A DNA stretch of 63,910 nucleotides, counting the filler, from Nanobdellati archaeon (GTDB lineage Archaea; Nanobdellota; Nanobdellia; Woesearchaeales; JAADFO01), in NCBI GenBank assembly GCA_013152815.1. It is 4 parts of 4 records of this genome, joined end to end, with 100 filler letters (N's around TTAATTAATTAA, not from the genome) between each part and the next. Parts side by side here need not be neighbours in the genome. Positions count along the whole stretch, not along the records: positions 1 to 23,575 come from JAADFO010000066.1; 3 more parts are not named here. One strand, given 5' to 3'. Positions 1 through 8,338 of this stretch are shown here, piece after piece (position 1 is the stretch's first letter; each line of letters begins with the position of its first letter). A program made the translations under genes and the position numbers. The notes under the pieces were generated by a model. It saw only the letters and a program-made list of their open reading frames with translations, was not told where the DNA came from and made no database searches.

Positions 1-58
1 TGGGATTATAGGTAACTGTAGGTAAACCACCAGCTACAAAAACGTCGCCTATTCTCAT
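1..58 (-). CDS. 5' fragment of an AT-rich gene running off the window (MRIGDVFVAGGLPTVTYNP...), possibly a P-loop ATPase
   Basis: ATG at 58 on the minus strand, open to the window edge; TATAAATA box about 25 nt upstream; A/T-ending codons unlike host genes; N-terminus resembles the FxPGxxPxxxY start of some ATPases (inference). Confidence 0.45.
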   Translation of the reverse strand, partial: MRIGDVFVAGGLPTVTYNP

Positions 59-137
59 TCTGGTTAGAAATAATGTTCTACACTATTTATATTTTTGCCG
101 ATTTTAAAGAAAAATTGTCCCCCTTCTGTTTTTTAGC

Positions 138-172
138 CTCTCAATTTTATTGAACTCAACACCGTTAGTTCC
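138..172. other. putative recombination/attachment site at an AT-rich/GC-rich junction (copy 1)
   Basis: CTCTCAAT-TTT-ATTGAACTCAACA; the 15-mer TTATTGAACTCAACA (147-161) recurs at 52040-52054; GAACT(C)AAC-acc-GTTAGTTC hairpin with one unpaired C. Confidence 0.45.
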
Positions 173-222
173 ACTTGTGTTTGCGTTCTCTTTCTTTTTA
201 GAAAAAAGATGGAAAGAAAAAA

Positions 223-684
223 TCACTCCTTCTTGGGAGCGGGGTTCTTGGCAAGGTTGGGTGCGGGCTTTGCTTCTTCCTTTGGAGCAGCTTCCGGCTT
301 GGCCTTCTCTTCTTTCGGTCTGGCTGCCTGCTTCGGCTTCCCTTCGGTGCCGGAAACCTTTGCTTTCCTGGCCTTCTTCGGGTTCTTTTCAGGCGCTTCT
401 TTCTTCTTCTTGACCTTTCTTGGTCTTGGCCCGGCCTGCTTCGGCTTGGTCTCCCATACAAGGTGTCCCAACTTCTCGAAAGCTTTCTTCACCTCGTCAT
501 GGGATGCGCCTTTCTTCAGGTCTATCTTCTGCTTTGTCGGCGTCAGATGGAGCGAGTTGACCTTCCGTCGTCTCACACCGCCATCAACAAGCACATAATT
601 GTTCTCAAGAACATCGACAATGACACAGTATCTTTTCGAATCCCTGCCTGCAATCTTCATGCAGAGCCTACCGATCTCAAACAT
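223..684 (-). CDS. rpl14e: 50S ribosomal protein L14e with a Lys/Ala/Pro/Glu-rich C-terminal extension
   Basis: MFEIGRLCMKIAGRD...CVIVDVLENNYVLVDG..VRRRKVN..HL KOW-type signature; follows L34e. Confidence 0.93.
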   Translation of the reverse strand: MFEIGRLCMKIAGRDSKRYCVIVDVLENNYVLVDGGVRRRKVNSLHLTPTKQKIDLKKGASHDEVKKAFEKLGHLVWETKPKQAGPRPRKVKKKKEAPEKNPKKARKAKVSGTEGKPKQAARPKEEKAKPEAAPKEEAKPAPNLAKNPAPKKE

Positions 685-768
685 TTTTTCCCTCCGTCTC
701 TGTGTATCACCGGCTGTCACCATGCCGGTTCATCTGCGAGACAACATCACTTTTTGTAATTGTTCAGA

Positions 769-1035
769 CTATTCTGCAACGCTCTGGGCGATCATCGCCC
801 TTGCGCATCTTGAACAGAGGTTGCCCCCATAGGGCCGTTCCGGCCTTTTCTGGCTTTTCGGAAGATTCTTGAACTTCGCAGGTCTGAGCCGGGGGATGCC
901 GTGAAGGAGAGCGCTGCAGTTGCTGCACTTGGCCTGCTTAGGCGTGCTCTCTTCATAGGAGACTATGGTCTTTCCGCCGGGCGTCTTCTTGAAGATTCTC
1001 CTGAACCTCCCGGACTTCTTGTTTCCTGAAACCAT
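769..1035 (-). CDS. rpl34e: 50S ribosomal protein L34e
   Basis: KTPGG, CxxC..LHGIPR, RPERPYGGNLCSRC. Confidence 0.96.
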   Translation of the reverse strand: MVSGNKKSGRFRRIFKKTPGGKTIVSYEESTPKQAKCSNCSALLHGIPRLRPAKFKNLPKSQKRPERPYGGNLCSRCARAMIAQSVAE

Positions 1036-1148
1036 GAAGCCTCAGAAACACAGGTTCCTTTAAAAAGCTTTTGGCAGCTCTAACAGAAGAACATTAATCA
1101 TTTATGGGTACCATAAACTTATTAAGTAACCTGTTTTCCACAGATAGC

Positions 1149-2081
1149 ATGGACAGACGATTGTTGGGAGCAGGCTTCGTCGCCTTCGCTGCCATCCTTT
1201 GGGGCTTTGACGGTGTCGTACTGACACCCCGGCTCTTCTCCCTCAATGTTCCCTTCGTGGTGTTCCTCCTCCATCTCCTGCCTTTCTTCTTCATGGTACT
1301 CTTCCTTCACAGGGAATTTGCAGCGATGAAGCGATTCTCCCGGGCCGACCTCTTCACTTTTCTTGCCGTAGCCCTTTTTGGAGGCGCTTTGGGGACCCTC
1401 TCCATCGTCAAGGCCCTTTTCCTGGTCCATTTCAACCAGCTTTCTGTCGTCATCATGATACAGAAGCTGCAGCCCATCTTTGCGATAGGCCTTGCAGCCA
1501 TCCTGCTCAGGGAAAGGCTCAGGGGCAGGTACTTCCTGTGGGCATCTGTTGCTGTTATCGCTACCTACTTCCTCGCCTTCGGTCTCCGCACACCAACAGT
1601 CGATGCGTCACTGGAAGCGGTCTCCTACGCTCTTCTCGCGGCATTCTCCTTCGGTGCTGCCACTGTCCTCGGCAGGAAGGTCGTCATGACCTACAGCTTC
1701 AGGACCGTGACGTTCTACCGGTACTTCTTCACGACCATCATCATGACGCTTTATCTTGCCATCCTCGGGCAGGGCTTTCCTTTCTCTTCCATCACCGGCA
1801 GCCAATGGCTCATCTTCGCAATCATCGGTCTGACGACAGGATCCGGCGCGCTCTTCCTGTACTACTACGGCCTGCAGAGGATCAGGGCGTCCATAGCGAC
1901 CATAGCCGAACTCTTCTTTCCGGCGTCGGCCATCGTCTTCGACTATCTCGTCAACGGCTCTGTGCTGAGTCTGGTGCAGTGGGTTGCGGCACTGGTGCTC
2001 TTGTATGCGATAACCCAGGTGACGATACATCAGAAAGAAGATAACGGACAAGAAAGAAAGAAGGCAGGAAGAACTACTTGA
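1149..2081 (+). CDS. EamA/DMT family transporter
   Basis: about 10 hydrophobic helices in two repeats; LWG, LQPIF..LLRERL, YYYGLQRIRAS motifs; start at 1149 or 1104. Confidence 0.85.
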   Translation: MDRRLLGAGFVAFAAILWGFDGVVLTPRLFSLNVPFVVFLLHLLPFFFMVLFLHREFAAMKRFSRADLFTFLAVALFGGALGTLSIVKALFLVHFNQLSVVIMIQKLQPIFAIGLAAILLRERLRGRYFLWASVAVIATYFLAFGLRTPTVDASLEAVSYALLAAFSFGAATVLGRKVVMTYSFRTVTFYRYFFTTIIMTLYLAILGQGFPFSSITGSQWLIFAIIGLTTGSGALFLYYYGLQRIRASIATIAELFFPASAIVFDYLVNGSVLSLVQWVAALVLLYAITQVTIHQKEDNGQERKKAGRTT

Positions 2082-3576
2082 ATCTTTCCAGGAACAGGAT
2101 GAGAAGCCGCACACCCCATCCCGATGCCTGCTTGGGTATGTAATCCCGCGCTTCGGGGAACCAGCTCATATTGCCGATGTCGATATGGATCCAGGGCGTC
2201 TTCTTGATGAACTGCTTCATGAACAATCCGCCGGTGATGACCCCTGCTTCCCTGCCCGTCGGCTTGGACAGGTTTCTCAGGTCTGCGATGTCCGATTTGA
2301 TCAATTCTTCGAACTCTTTCCATATCGGCATCTTCCAAATGCGCTCATGGGTATCCAGACCAGCCTGCTCCAGCACCTCCAGCGCTTTCTCTGCTGTTCC
2401 CAGGACAGGACTGCCTTCATAGCCGAGATGACCTATGGATGAGCCGGTGAGCGTAGCGATGTCGATGATGAGGTCTGGCTTCGCATCCTCTGCCCAGGCG
2501 ACGGCATCGGCAAGGATGAGCCTTCCCTCTGCGTCGGTGTTCATGATCTCGACGGTCTTGCCGCCATAGCCTTTCACCACATCTCCCGGGCGCATGGCAT
2601 CTCCTCCGATCACGTTCTCAGCGAGCGGGATGATGCCTGTGATATGGTGGGGCAAACCGAGCCTTTTGGCAGCCACCACCACCTCAACCACATCTGCTCC
2701 TCCGCACATGTCTGATTTCATGTAATCCATCCATTGTGTCGGCTTGATGTTCAGTCCTCCGCTGTCAAAGGTCACCCCTTTTCCGACCAGGGCGATCTTC
2801 TTCATCCCCCTGGTCTTCCTGGACGGGATGTATTCTATCTTGATCATCCTTGGACCCTCTTTCGACGCTTTTCCTACCGCAACGAGCAGGTCCATGCCTT
2901 TCCTCTTCAGGTCCCTGGTGCTCAGGACAGAGAACCTGAGCCTGTTGCTCTTCGCCCTTTTTCGGGCATACTCCTCAAAATCTGCAGGTCCGAGGATGTT
3001 TGCAGGCGTGTTTCCCATATCCCTCGCGTTCATCACCGCTTCGGCTATCGGTTGGGCGGTGCGGGCGCCTTCGGCTATGGCCGGCCTGTCCCTGGCCTGC
3101 GCGAACAGGACCAGCTTTTTCATCCGTGCCCTTTCCTTGCCTTCTGTCTTGTACTTGTCAAAACGGTACAGCGCAAGAAGCGCGGCGACGGTCGCTTCCT
3201 GGGCCCTTGTGGTGAGCGAAAAGGGATCGACATCCTTGAGATGGAAGTTGAAAGCCAAAGACGGCGCTTTGACGGACCGGGCAAAGATGGCCGCCTTGGC
3301 CACGGCCTTCCTCATCCGTTCGAGGGTATACTCCTGTCTCTTGCCGAGTCCCACGACGACAAGAGCATGGTGGAAGCTGTCTAGCGTGAAGCTTCTCAGT
3401 TCCTTGAGCTTGCCGGTGAACTGCTTCTTCTGCATGAGCCCTTTCAGTTCATCGATCACTCCTGAGGGGATGTCTTCCGGGAGATTCTTGGCATCTTCCC
3501 CTTCAAATATCCCGACGGCGCTGCAGGCTGCAACCGGCTCAGCATAGGTCTCCTTCGTCACGGTGATCGGTATCAT
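2074..3576 (-). CDS. pepA: leucyl aminopeptidase (M17)
   Basis: VGKGVTFDSGG, MKSDMCG, NTDAEGRLILAD, DIATLTG, WIHIDIG. Confidence 0.96.
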   Translation of the reverse strand: MIPITVTKETYAEPVAACSAVGIFEGEDAKNLPEDIPSGVIDELKGLMQKKQFTGKLKELRSFTLDSFHHALVVVGLGKRQEYTLERMRKAVAKAAIFARSVKAPSLAFNFHLKDVDPFSLTTRAQEATVAALLALYRFDKYKTEGKERARMKKLVLFAQARDRPAIAEGARTAQPIAEAVMNARDMGNTPANILGPADFEEYARKRAKSNRLRFSVLSTRDLKRKGMDLLVAVGKASKEGPRMIKIEYIPSRKTRGMKKIALVGKGVTFDSGGLNIKPTQWMDYMKSDMCGGADVVEVVVAAKRLGLPHHITGIIPLAENVIGGDAMRPGDVVKGYGGKTVEIMNTDAEGRLILADAVAWAEDAKPDLIIDIATLTGSSIGHLGYEGSPVLGTAEKALEVLEQAGLDTHERIWKMPIWKEFEELIKSDIADLRNLSKPTGREAGVITGGLFMKQFIKKTPWIHIDIGNMSWFPEARDYIPKQASGWGVRLLILFLERFK

Positions 3577-4007
3577 GTTGTTTCCTCCTTTTTCCGCTCT
3601 CTTCTCCGCAGATCGATGATGTTCTTCTTGCCTTGGTAATCATCATCTTCAGAATACCAATGCGTGATGCGTTTCATGCCGATCCTCCAGGGATAGAAGA
3701 TCCTCTTGTCCTGGAAGAGCGACGGGAATTCGATCTCTCCCGCGTCCATGTCTCCTATGATGATGTTTGCCCTTTCCAGGAGACTGATCTTGGCATTGAC
3801 TTTCCTTATGAGCTCATCGACTTCAGGGGATCCCTCGACAAAGCTGTACCGCAGGCAGATGTTTCTGCTCTCATCCTCCAGCTCTATCTCCTCCTCGCTG
3901 TTCTCGGAGAGCGCGAGAATCCTGCGGTGCATCCTCCGCATATCCCGGACGATACGCTCCACTTCAGGGAGTATCTCCTCAATATCCTCGAGCGTGTAGA
4001 TCCTCAT
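3573..4007 (-). CDS. DUF2203-like protein
   Basis: YTLEDIEEILP N-terminus; D.G.IEFPS...W..G...ITHW pattern; overlaps the pepA start by 4 nt. Confidence 0.6.
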   Translation of the reverse strand: MRIYTLEDIEEILPEVERIVRDMRRMHRRILALSENSEEEIELEDESRNICLRYSFVEGSPEVDELIRKVNAKISLLERANIIIGDMDAGEIEFPSLFQDKRIFYPWRIGMKRITHWYSEDDDYQGKKNIIDLRRRERKKEETT

Positions 4008-4154
4008 GTCCTGGTGACCTCCTTGTCCATAGAATCGTCATATCTTCTCAAGGGCACCCAAGTCAGATGTCCCTCTCCAGATGGTAGCTCGTTGATAACC
4101 TTCCCTCATTTATATACCTTATGTAATCGAGAACTATGGTCTCCTGCTGTCGCA

Positions 4155-4412
4155 TCAGATGATGCGCTCGCCGGTCTTCAGGTCCTTCAGATGGATGACG
4201 TTGACCGGGCAGGACTCTGCCGCTTCCTTGTTGATGGCAAGATCCTGCTCTTCGATGTCCCGCTCCTCCTGTCCATCCGGTTTCTTCACACCGTCGACGA
4301 TGTCTGACTTCCCGTCCTTGTCATCCATCTTCCAGAAGTCAGGGGCGATGGCGGCGCAGGCGGCGCAACCGATGCAGTTCGGCCGGTCATGTTCGATCCT
4401 GTATGCTGTCAT
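4155..4412 (-). CDS. single-cluster ferredoxin
   Basis: CIGCAAC...AAESCPVNVIH. Confidence 0.9.
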   Translation of the reverse strand: MTAYRIEHDRPNCIGCAACAAIAPDFWKMDDKDGKSDIVDGVKKPDGQEERDIEEQDLAINKEAAESCPVNVIHLKDLKTGERII

Positions 4413-4435
4413 CTTCTCGCTCAGTGCGGTCCTGC

Positions 4436-5014
4436 TTATATTTTTTTTGTCCGGTCCTCTCTCCGATAACGCCCTTCATGGTCCAGCCGCTCGAAGTCCG
4501 ATCCCAAGAGTCCGAAGAGAAAGACATCCTGCTGTTCTTCCTGGGCACAGCAGCGTTTTCTCAGGAACCCTTCCTTCTCTGCTCCAAGCCATTGCGCCAG
4601 CCGCTGCGATGCCCTGTTGGACGGGATGGTCTCGATCTCGACCCTGTTCAGCTGAAGGTCGTAGAAGAGATGCCTGAGGAGCGCGTAGGCAGCTTCCCGG
4701 GCATAGCCCTTGCCCTGTTCTGCCGGTGTCAGCCAATAGCCGAAATCACCTCTGCCGTCTTCCCAGTTGATGTTGTGGATGCCTATGCCACCGATGAGCG
4801 ATTCCTTCTCCCTGAGAAAGATGCCGAAAGCGAAGGATCTCTTCTCGAGGGCCTCCTTTTCCTGTCTGCCTATGAAGTTCTTCGCATCGGTGAGCGTATA
4901 GGGAAAAGGGATGCGGGTGTATCTTGCAATCTCTCTGAAGTTGATGGCCGCCACGACGTCCTTCGCGTCCTTCTCTTCCAGCGGCCTGAGCACGAGTCGG
5001 TCTGAGCGGATCAT
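4436..5014 (-). CDS. RimJ/RimL-type GNAT N-acetyltransferase
   Basis: RLVLRP, GYWL...QGKGYA, N.ASQRLA..LG...EG.LR. Confidence 0.9.
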   Translation of the reverse strand: MIRSDRLVLRPLEEKDAKDVVAAINFREIARYTRIPFPYTLTDAKNFIGRQEKEALEKRSFAFGIFLREKESLIGGIGIHNINWEDGRGDFGYWLTPAEQGKGYAREAAYALLRHLFYDLQLNRVEIETIPSNRASQRLAQWLGAEKEGFLRKRCCAQEEQQDVFLFGLLGSDFERLDHEGRYRREDRTKKI

Positions 5015-5027
5015 CCTTCTGTTTTCC

Positions 5028-5396
5028 TCACTTCATCTCCTCCGGATGGATGCCTATGTCGAGGATGCTGCACTTCATCACCGGTTCCAGGCCAAGCTCC
5101 CTGAACTTCGCTATCAGTGTCTCGCTCTCAGAACCAGGATTCAGGAAAAGTTCTCTCGGTCTTTTGGCCGCGATCCCCTCTGCAAGCGTCATGCCTATCT
5201 CTGGATTGACATAGACCGACACGCGGTCGATGGGTTCCCGGATGTCCTGGATGGAAGCATGGCAGGGAATCCCTTCGATCTCCTGCTCTTTCGGGTTGAC
5301 CGGGAAGACCCGGTGTCCCTGGTCACGATAGGCTCTCACCGCCTTGTTGCTCATACGCTCCTGCTTGGCGGATGCACCGATGATGGCAATATTCAT
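5028..5396 (-). CDS. CoA-binding protein (YccU-like)
   Basis: IAIIGAS, VFPVNP, LNPGSES. Confidence 0.85.
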   Translation of the reverse strand: MNIAIIGASAKQERMSNKAVRAYRDQGHRVFPVNPKEQEIEGIPCHASIQDIREPIDRVSVYVNPEIGMTLAEGIAAKRPRELFLNPGSESETLIAKFRELGLEPVMKCSILDIGIHPEEMK

Positions 5397-5420
5397 GCAG
5401 GATCGTTGGACGGTTCTCTT

Positions 5421-6473
5421 TTATGGTTTTCCTTTCTTTCTCTGTCTCCAGAAGAAATAGCCGAAACCCAGGACGAAAAGGGAGAACACCACCATGCTGA
5501 ACAAGGGTGCCCCTTGCCAGGCCATGAGCGCGTCCTGGACCGAATAGAAATATTGTTTTGTCCCAAGGAAATCCCAGGTGTTCACCAGCGCAGTCCCCTG
5601 GAAGATGACCATGACTCCTCCGATGAGCAGGAACAGTCCTCCTGCGATGAGATTGGTCAGGGGGATCTCCCGCCTCTTCCCTATCCTCACTGTGATGGTC
5701 TTCTTCATGAACCTGCCAAGATTGAGCCGGTCATAGAAGACCGCGAGGAGGAACAGCGGGACCATGTTCCCCAGCGAATAGAAGAACAGCAGGATGCCTG
5801 ACTGGATGGGGCTGCCCAGGATGGCGCCTATGCCAAGGATGCCTGCCAGGATAGGTCCCAGGCAGGCAGTCCATCCGAGGGCGAAGAAGATGCCGAAGAG
5901 GAATGTTCCCGGAACGTCATTGGAAAAGGTGCGTCCCTCATGGAGGATGGACGCAAACCCCTTTCCCATCAGGGTCATGATGCCGAAGACGACGATCATG
6001 AGTCCTGCGATGGACACGAGCCAGCCGGTCTGTATGACCGTCAGGACGGTCTGGCCGAAAAACCCTGCAGCAAGCCCCATCAGCACGAAGGAGCTGCTGA
6101 ACCCGAAGAAGAAGACAAAGGTCATCTTGGTGATGTTCTTCTTCTCCTTGAAGGTATAAGAGAAATAGGCAGGAAGGAACGGCAGGAGGCAAGGAGAGAG
6201 TATGCCCAGCATGCCTGCGACAAATGCGATGAAAAAGGAGATCTTCAGGGCAAAGTCCGCAGTGCTCCTGTTGTTGTAGTCGATTATCTTCTGCATCCCT
6301 GCAGGGAGATGGCTCTTTCCAACGGCGATGCTGCTGAATATCGCACCCAGTGTGACCAGGAGCAACAGCAGCAGGATGGTCTTTCTTCTCATCAGGTGTT
6401 GCCTCTTCTCCTTTCCCTGTTCTGTCTCCTGTTTTTCTCTATCTATCTCTCGAAACAACACAATATGGACCAT
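5421..6473 (-). CDS. ccdA: CcdA/DsbD-type transmembrane electron transporter
   Basis: AGMLGILSPCLLP and GWTACLGPIL Cys pair; multiple TM helices; start may be 6392. Confidence 0.88.
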   Translation of the reverse strand: MVHIVLFREIDREKQETEQGKEKRQHLMRRKTILLLLLLVTLGAIFSSIAVGKSHLPAGMQKIIDYNNRSTADFALKISFFIAFVAGMLGILSPCLLPFLPAYFSYTFKEKKNITKMTFVFFFGFSSSFVLMGLAAGFFGQTVLTVIQTGWLVSIAGLMIVVFGIMTLMGKGFASILHEGRTFSNDVPGTFLFGIFFALGWTACLGPILAGILGIGAILGSPIQSGILLFFYSLGNMVPLFLLAVFYDRLNLGRFMKKTITVRIGKRREIPLTNLIAGGLFLLIGGVMVIFQGTALVNTWDFLGTKQYFYSVQDALMAWQGAPLFSMVVFSLFVLGFGYFFWRQRKKGKP

Positions 6474-6524
6474 GGACGAATATAAAAAAATAAATATAAA
6501 AATAAAAGATGAGAAGACCTCTCT

Positions 6525-7994
6525 TCAGCTGACCACCAGTTCTCCTGTCATCGAGCTATGGCCCTGGCCGCAGTAGACCGAGCAGGCGAACGGGAACGTC
6601 CCTGTCTTGTCTGCCACGAACTCGACCGTGACCGTCTTGCCGGGTTCCAGGTTCTCGTTGATGCCGAAGGCAGGCAGGTTGAATCCGTGGGTCACATCGA
6701 CGCTGGTGATGCTCAGCTTCACCCGGTCTCCTTTCTTGACCCGGATGATGTTCGGTTCAAACTTCCAGTTCCTCGCCGTCATCGTGATCTCCTTCACTCC
6801 TCCGGCGCTCCCGGTGGAAGCGGTCTGAGCAGATGCCTGCGTTTGACTGCTATCTCCCCTGCCTTTGTCGTTCGGGTCGATGATGGTGTCTGTGGCAAGA
6901 TCGCGGTAGGGCTGCTTCCCTATCTCCACTTTCCTGAAGACATAGGTACCGTCTTCTTCCACGGTCCCGACCTCTTTCCAGGCCTTCGTGAGCACCGTAT
7001 AGACCTCGGGATCGCCTTCCAGCAGGATGGTCGGCATCTTCTTGATGCTGTATCGGGAGATGAGTGCCTTGCCTTCCTCTGATGACGCATCGATGTTCCT
7101 GATGGTCGCAGGTTCGAGTCCCAACCGCTTGAGGATGGGCATGTTGAACTTCTGCGCTTCAAAGCAGCCCTGGCAGCTCTTGTCCTCAAGGACGATAAGC
7201 GTGACCTCTCCTATCATCTTTCCGGTGGCCGTATCCACGTAGGGCGGTGTCGTGCTCCTCAGGACGTGGCTTCCGTCCTTCTCCACGGTCCCCATCTGTT
7301 TCCATTGCGTCTCGGTGGCTGTCCCGTAGACTCCCATGTCTGCGGAAAGCACCAGTGAAGGGATGCTGGTTATGGCATATTTCCTGATGAACTCCTGCGC
7401 CTCAGGACCGGTCCATTCGAGTTCCTTGGTGGTACCGAGGACGATTCCGCTCTCTTTGAACTGGGCGAGCAGCTGATCGAGGTCGATGCAGGCAGCACAG
7501 GACGAATCCTTGATGATGGTCGCCTGGACTATCCCCTTTATGGTATCCGAGGCCGTATCGCTGAACGGAGGGAGAGATTTCTGATAGACCAACGCATCAT
7601 TGTCCTTGACAAAATCCCGAAAAGATACCTTGTCTGTCTCTCCGAAGACCAGGACACTCGGTATCTTCGTTATATCATACTTTCCGATAAGTTCCTTCGC
7701 TCTCTCTGAGGCCATGTCGAGCGTCTCCTCTTTGAGGATCTTGACGTTCTTGTCGGTGACCGTCGTCTTGACCTGTTCAGCATTGTTGCAGGAATCACAA
7801 CGGGAGTCGGTGATGACCACGAGAGACAGCTCCGCAGGGCGCAACGCCTCCTTCTGCTCTGTTATCATCTGATCCACGGCTGTGCTGGTGGAGCTCAGCT
7901 GGATGATGCCAAACAGTCCGATGAGCGCCGCGACTACCCCCAGCGTGATGAAGAGGGTCTGTTGCCTGTCCTGTGTCTTCTTTTTCTTTTCCAT
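6525..7994 (-). CDS. membrane-anchored protein with three thioredoxin-like CxxC domains and a C-terminal CuA-type cupredoxin
   Basis: N-terminal TM; CDSC, CAAC and CQGC each followed by Y.I..(I/M)P; DVTHGF...CSVYCGQGHSSM. Confidence 0.8.
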   Translation of the reverse strand: MEKKKKTQDRQQTLFITLGVVAALIGLFGIIQLSSTSTAVDQMITEQKEALRPAELSLVVITDSRCDSCNNAEQVKTTVTDKNVKILKEETLDMASERAKELIGKYDITKIPSVLVFGETDKVSFRDFVKDNDALVYQKSLPPFSDTASDTIKGIVQATIIKDSSCAACIDLDQLLAQFKESGIVLGTTKELEWTGPEAQEFIRKYAITSIPSLVLSADMGVYGTATETQWKQMGTVEKDGSHVLRSTTPPYVDTATGKMIGEVTLIVLEDKSCQGCFEAQKFNMPILKRLGLEPATIRNIDASSEEGKALISRYSIKKMPTILLEGDPEVYTVLTKAWKEVGTVEEDGTYVFRKVEIGKQPYRDLATDTIIDPNDKGRGDSSQTQASAQTASTGSAGGVKEITMTARNWKFEPNIIRVKKGDRVKLSITSVDVTHGFNLPAFGINENLEPGKTVTVEFVADKTGTFPFACSVYCGQGHSSMTGELVVS

Positions 7995-8029
7995 GTGCAG
8001 TCACTTCCCTGTCGCCACTTCAGCGAAGG

Positions 8030-8248
8030 TCAGCACCCTCCTACCATGGTCGGCAGGTCCTTTATCGAGCTTGGTACCGCTGTCGTCCTTTTGGTCCCTG
8101 AACTTGATGTCTGCTTCGCCGGCGCCTGGTCGATGACGAGGCTTTCCTTTTTGATGCTGTCCCTCAGACTGTTCAACTGCACTGCCTGCACTGCAGATAT
8201 CAGTACCAGAACTCCCAGGACGATCGCTACGATGGTCGCTTGTTTCAT
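8030..8248 (-). CDS. small membrane-anchored protein ending DLPTMVGGC
   Basis: 72 aa with N-terminal TM; GGAGG RBS upstream; C-terminus shared with the neighbouring gene. Confidence 0.8.
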   Translation of the reverse strand: MKQATIVAIVLGVLVLISAVQAVQLNSLRDSIKKESLVIDQAPAKQTSSSGTKRTTAVPSSIKDLPTMVGGC

Positions 8249-8338
8249 GGTCTTTTCCCTCCGATCTTTCTTATTGTCACTCTTTCTTGTTCATGCTTTG
8301 ATGGCTTGTGCTTGTTCTTCTTGAGGCTGGCTTCGTCA

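Noticed and set aside
2734..3547. Long antisense and alternate-frame ORFs (also 4911-5801, 14660-15556, 23620-24801, 55588-56427, 60627-61781)
   Set aside because: Shadows of well-supported genes caused by GC-rich third positions; no motifs of their own.
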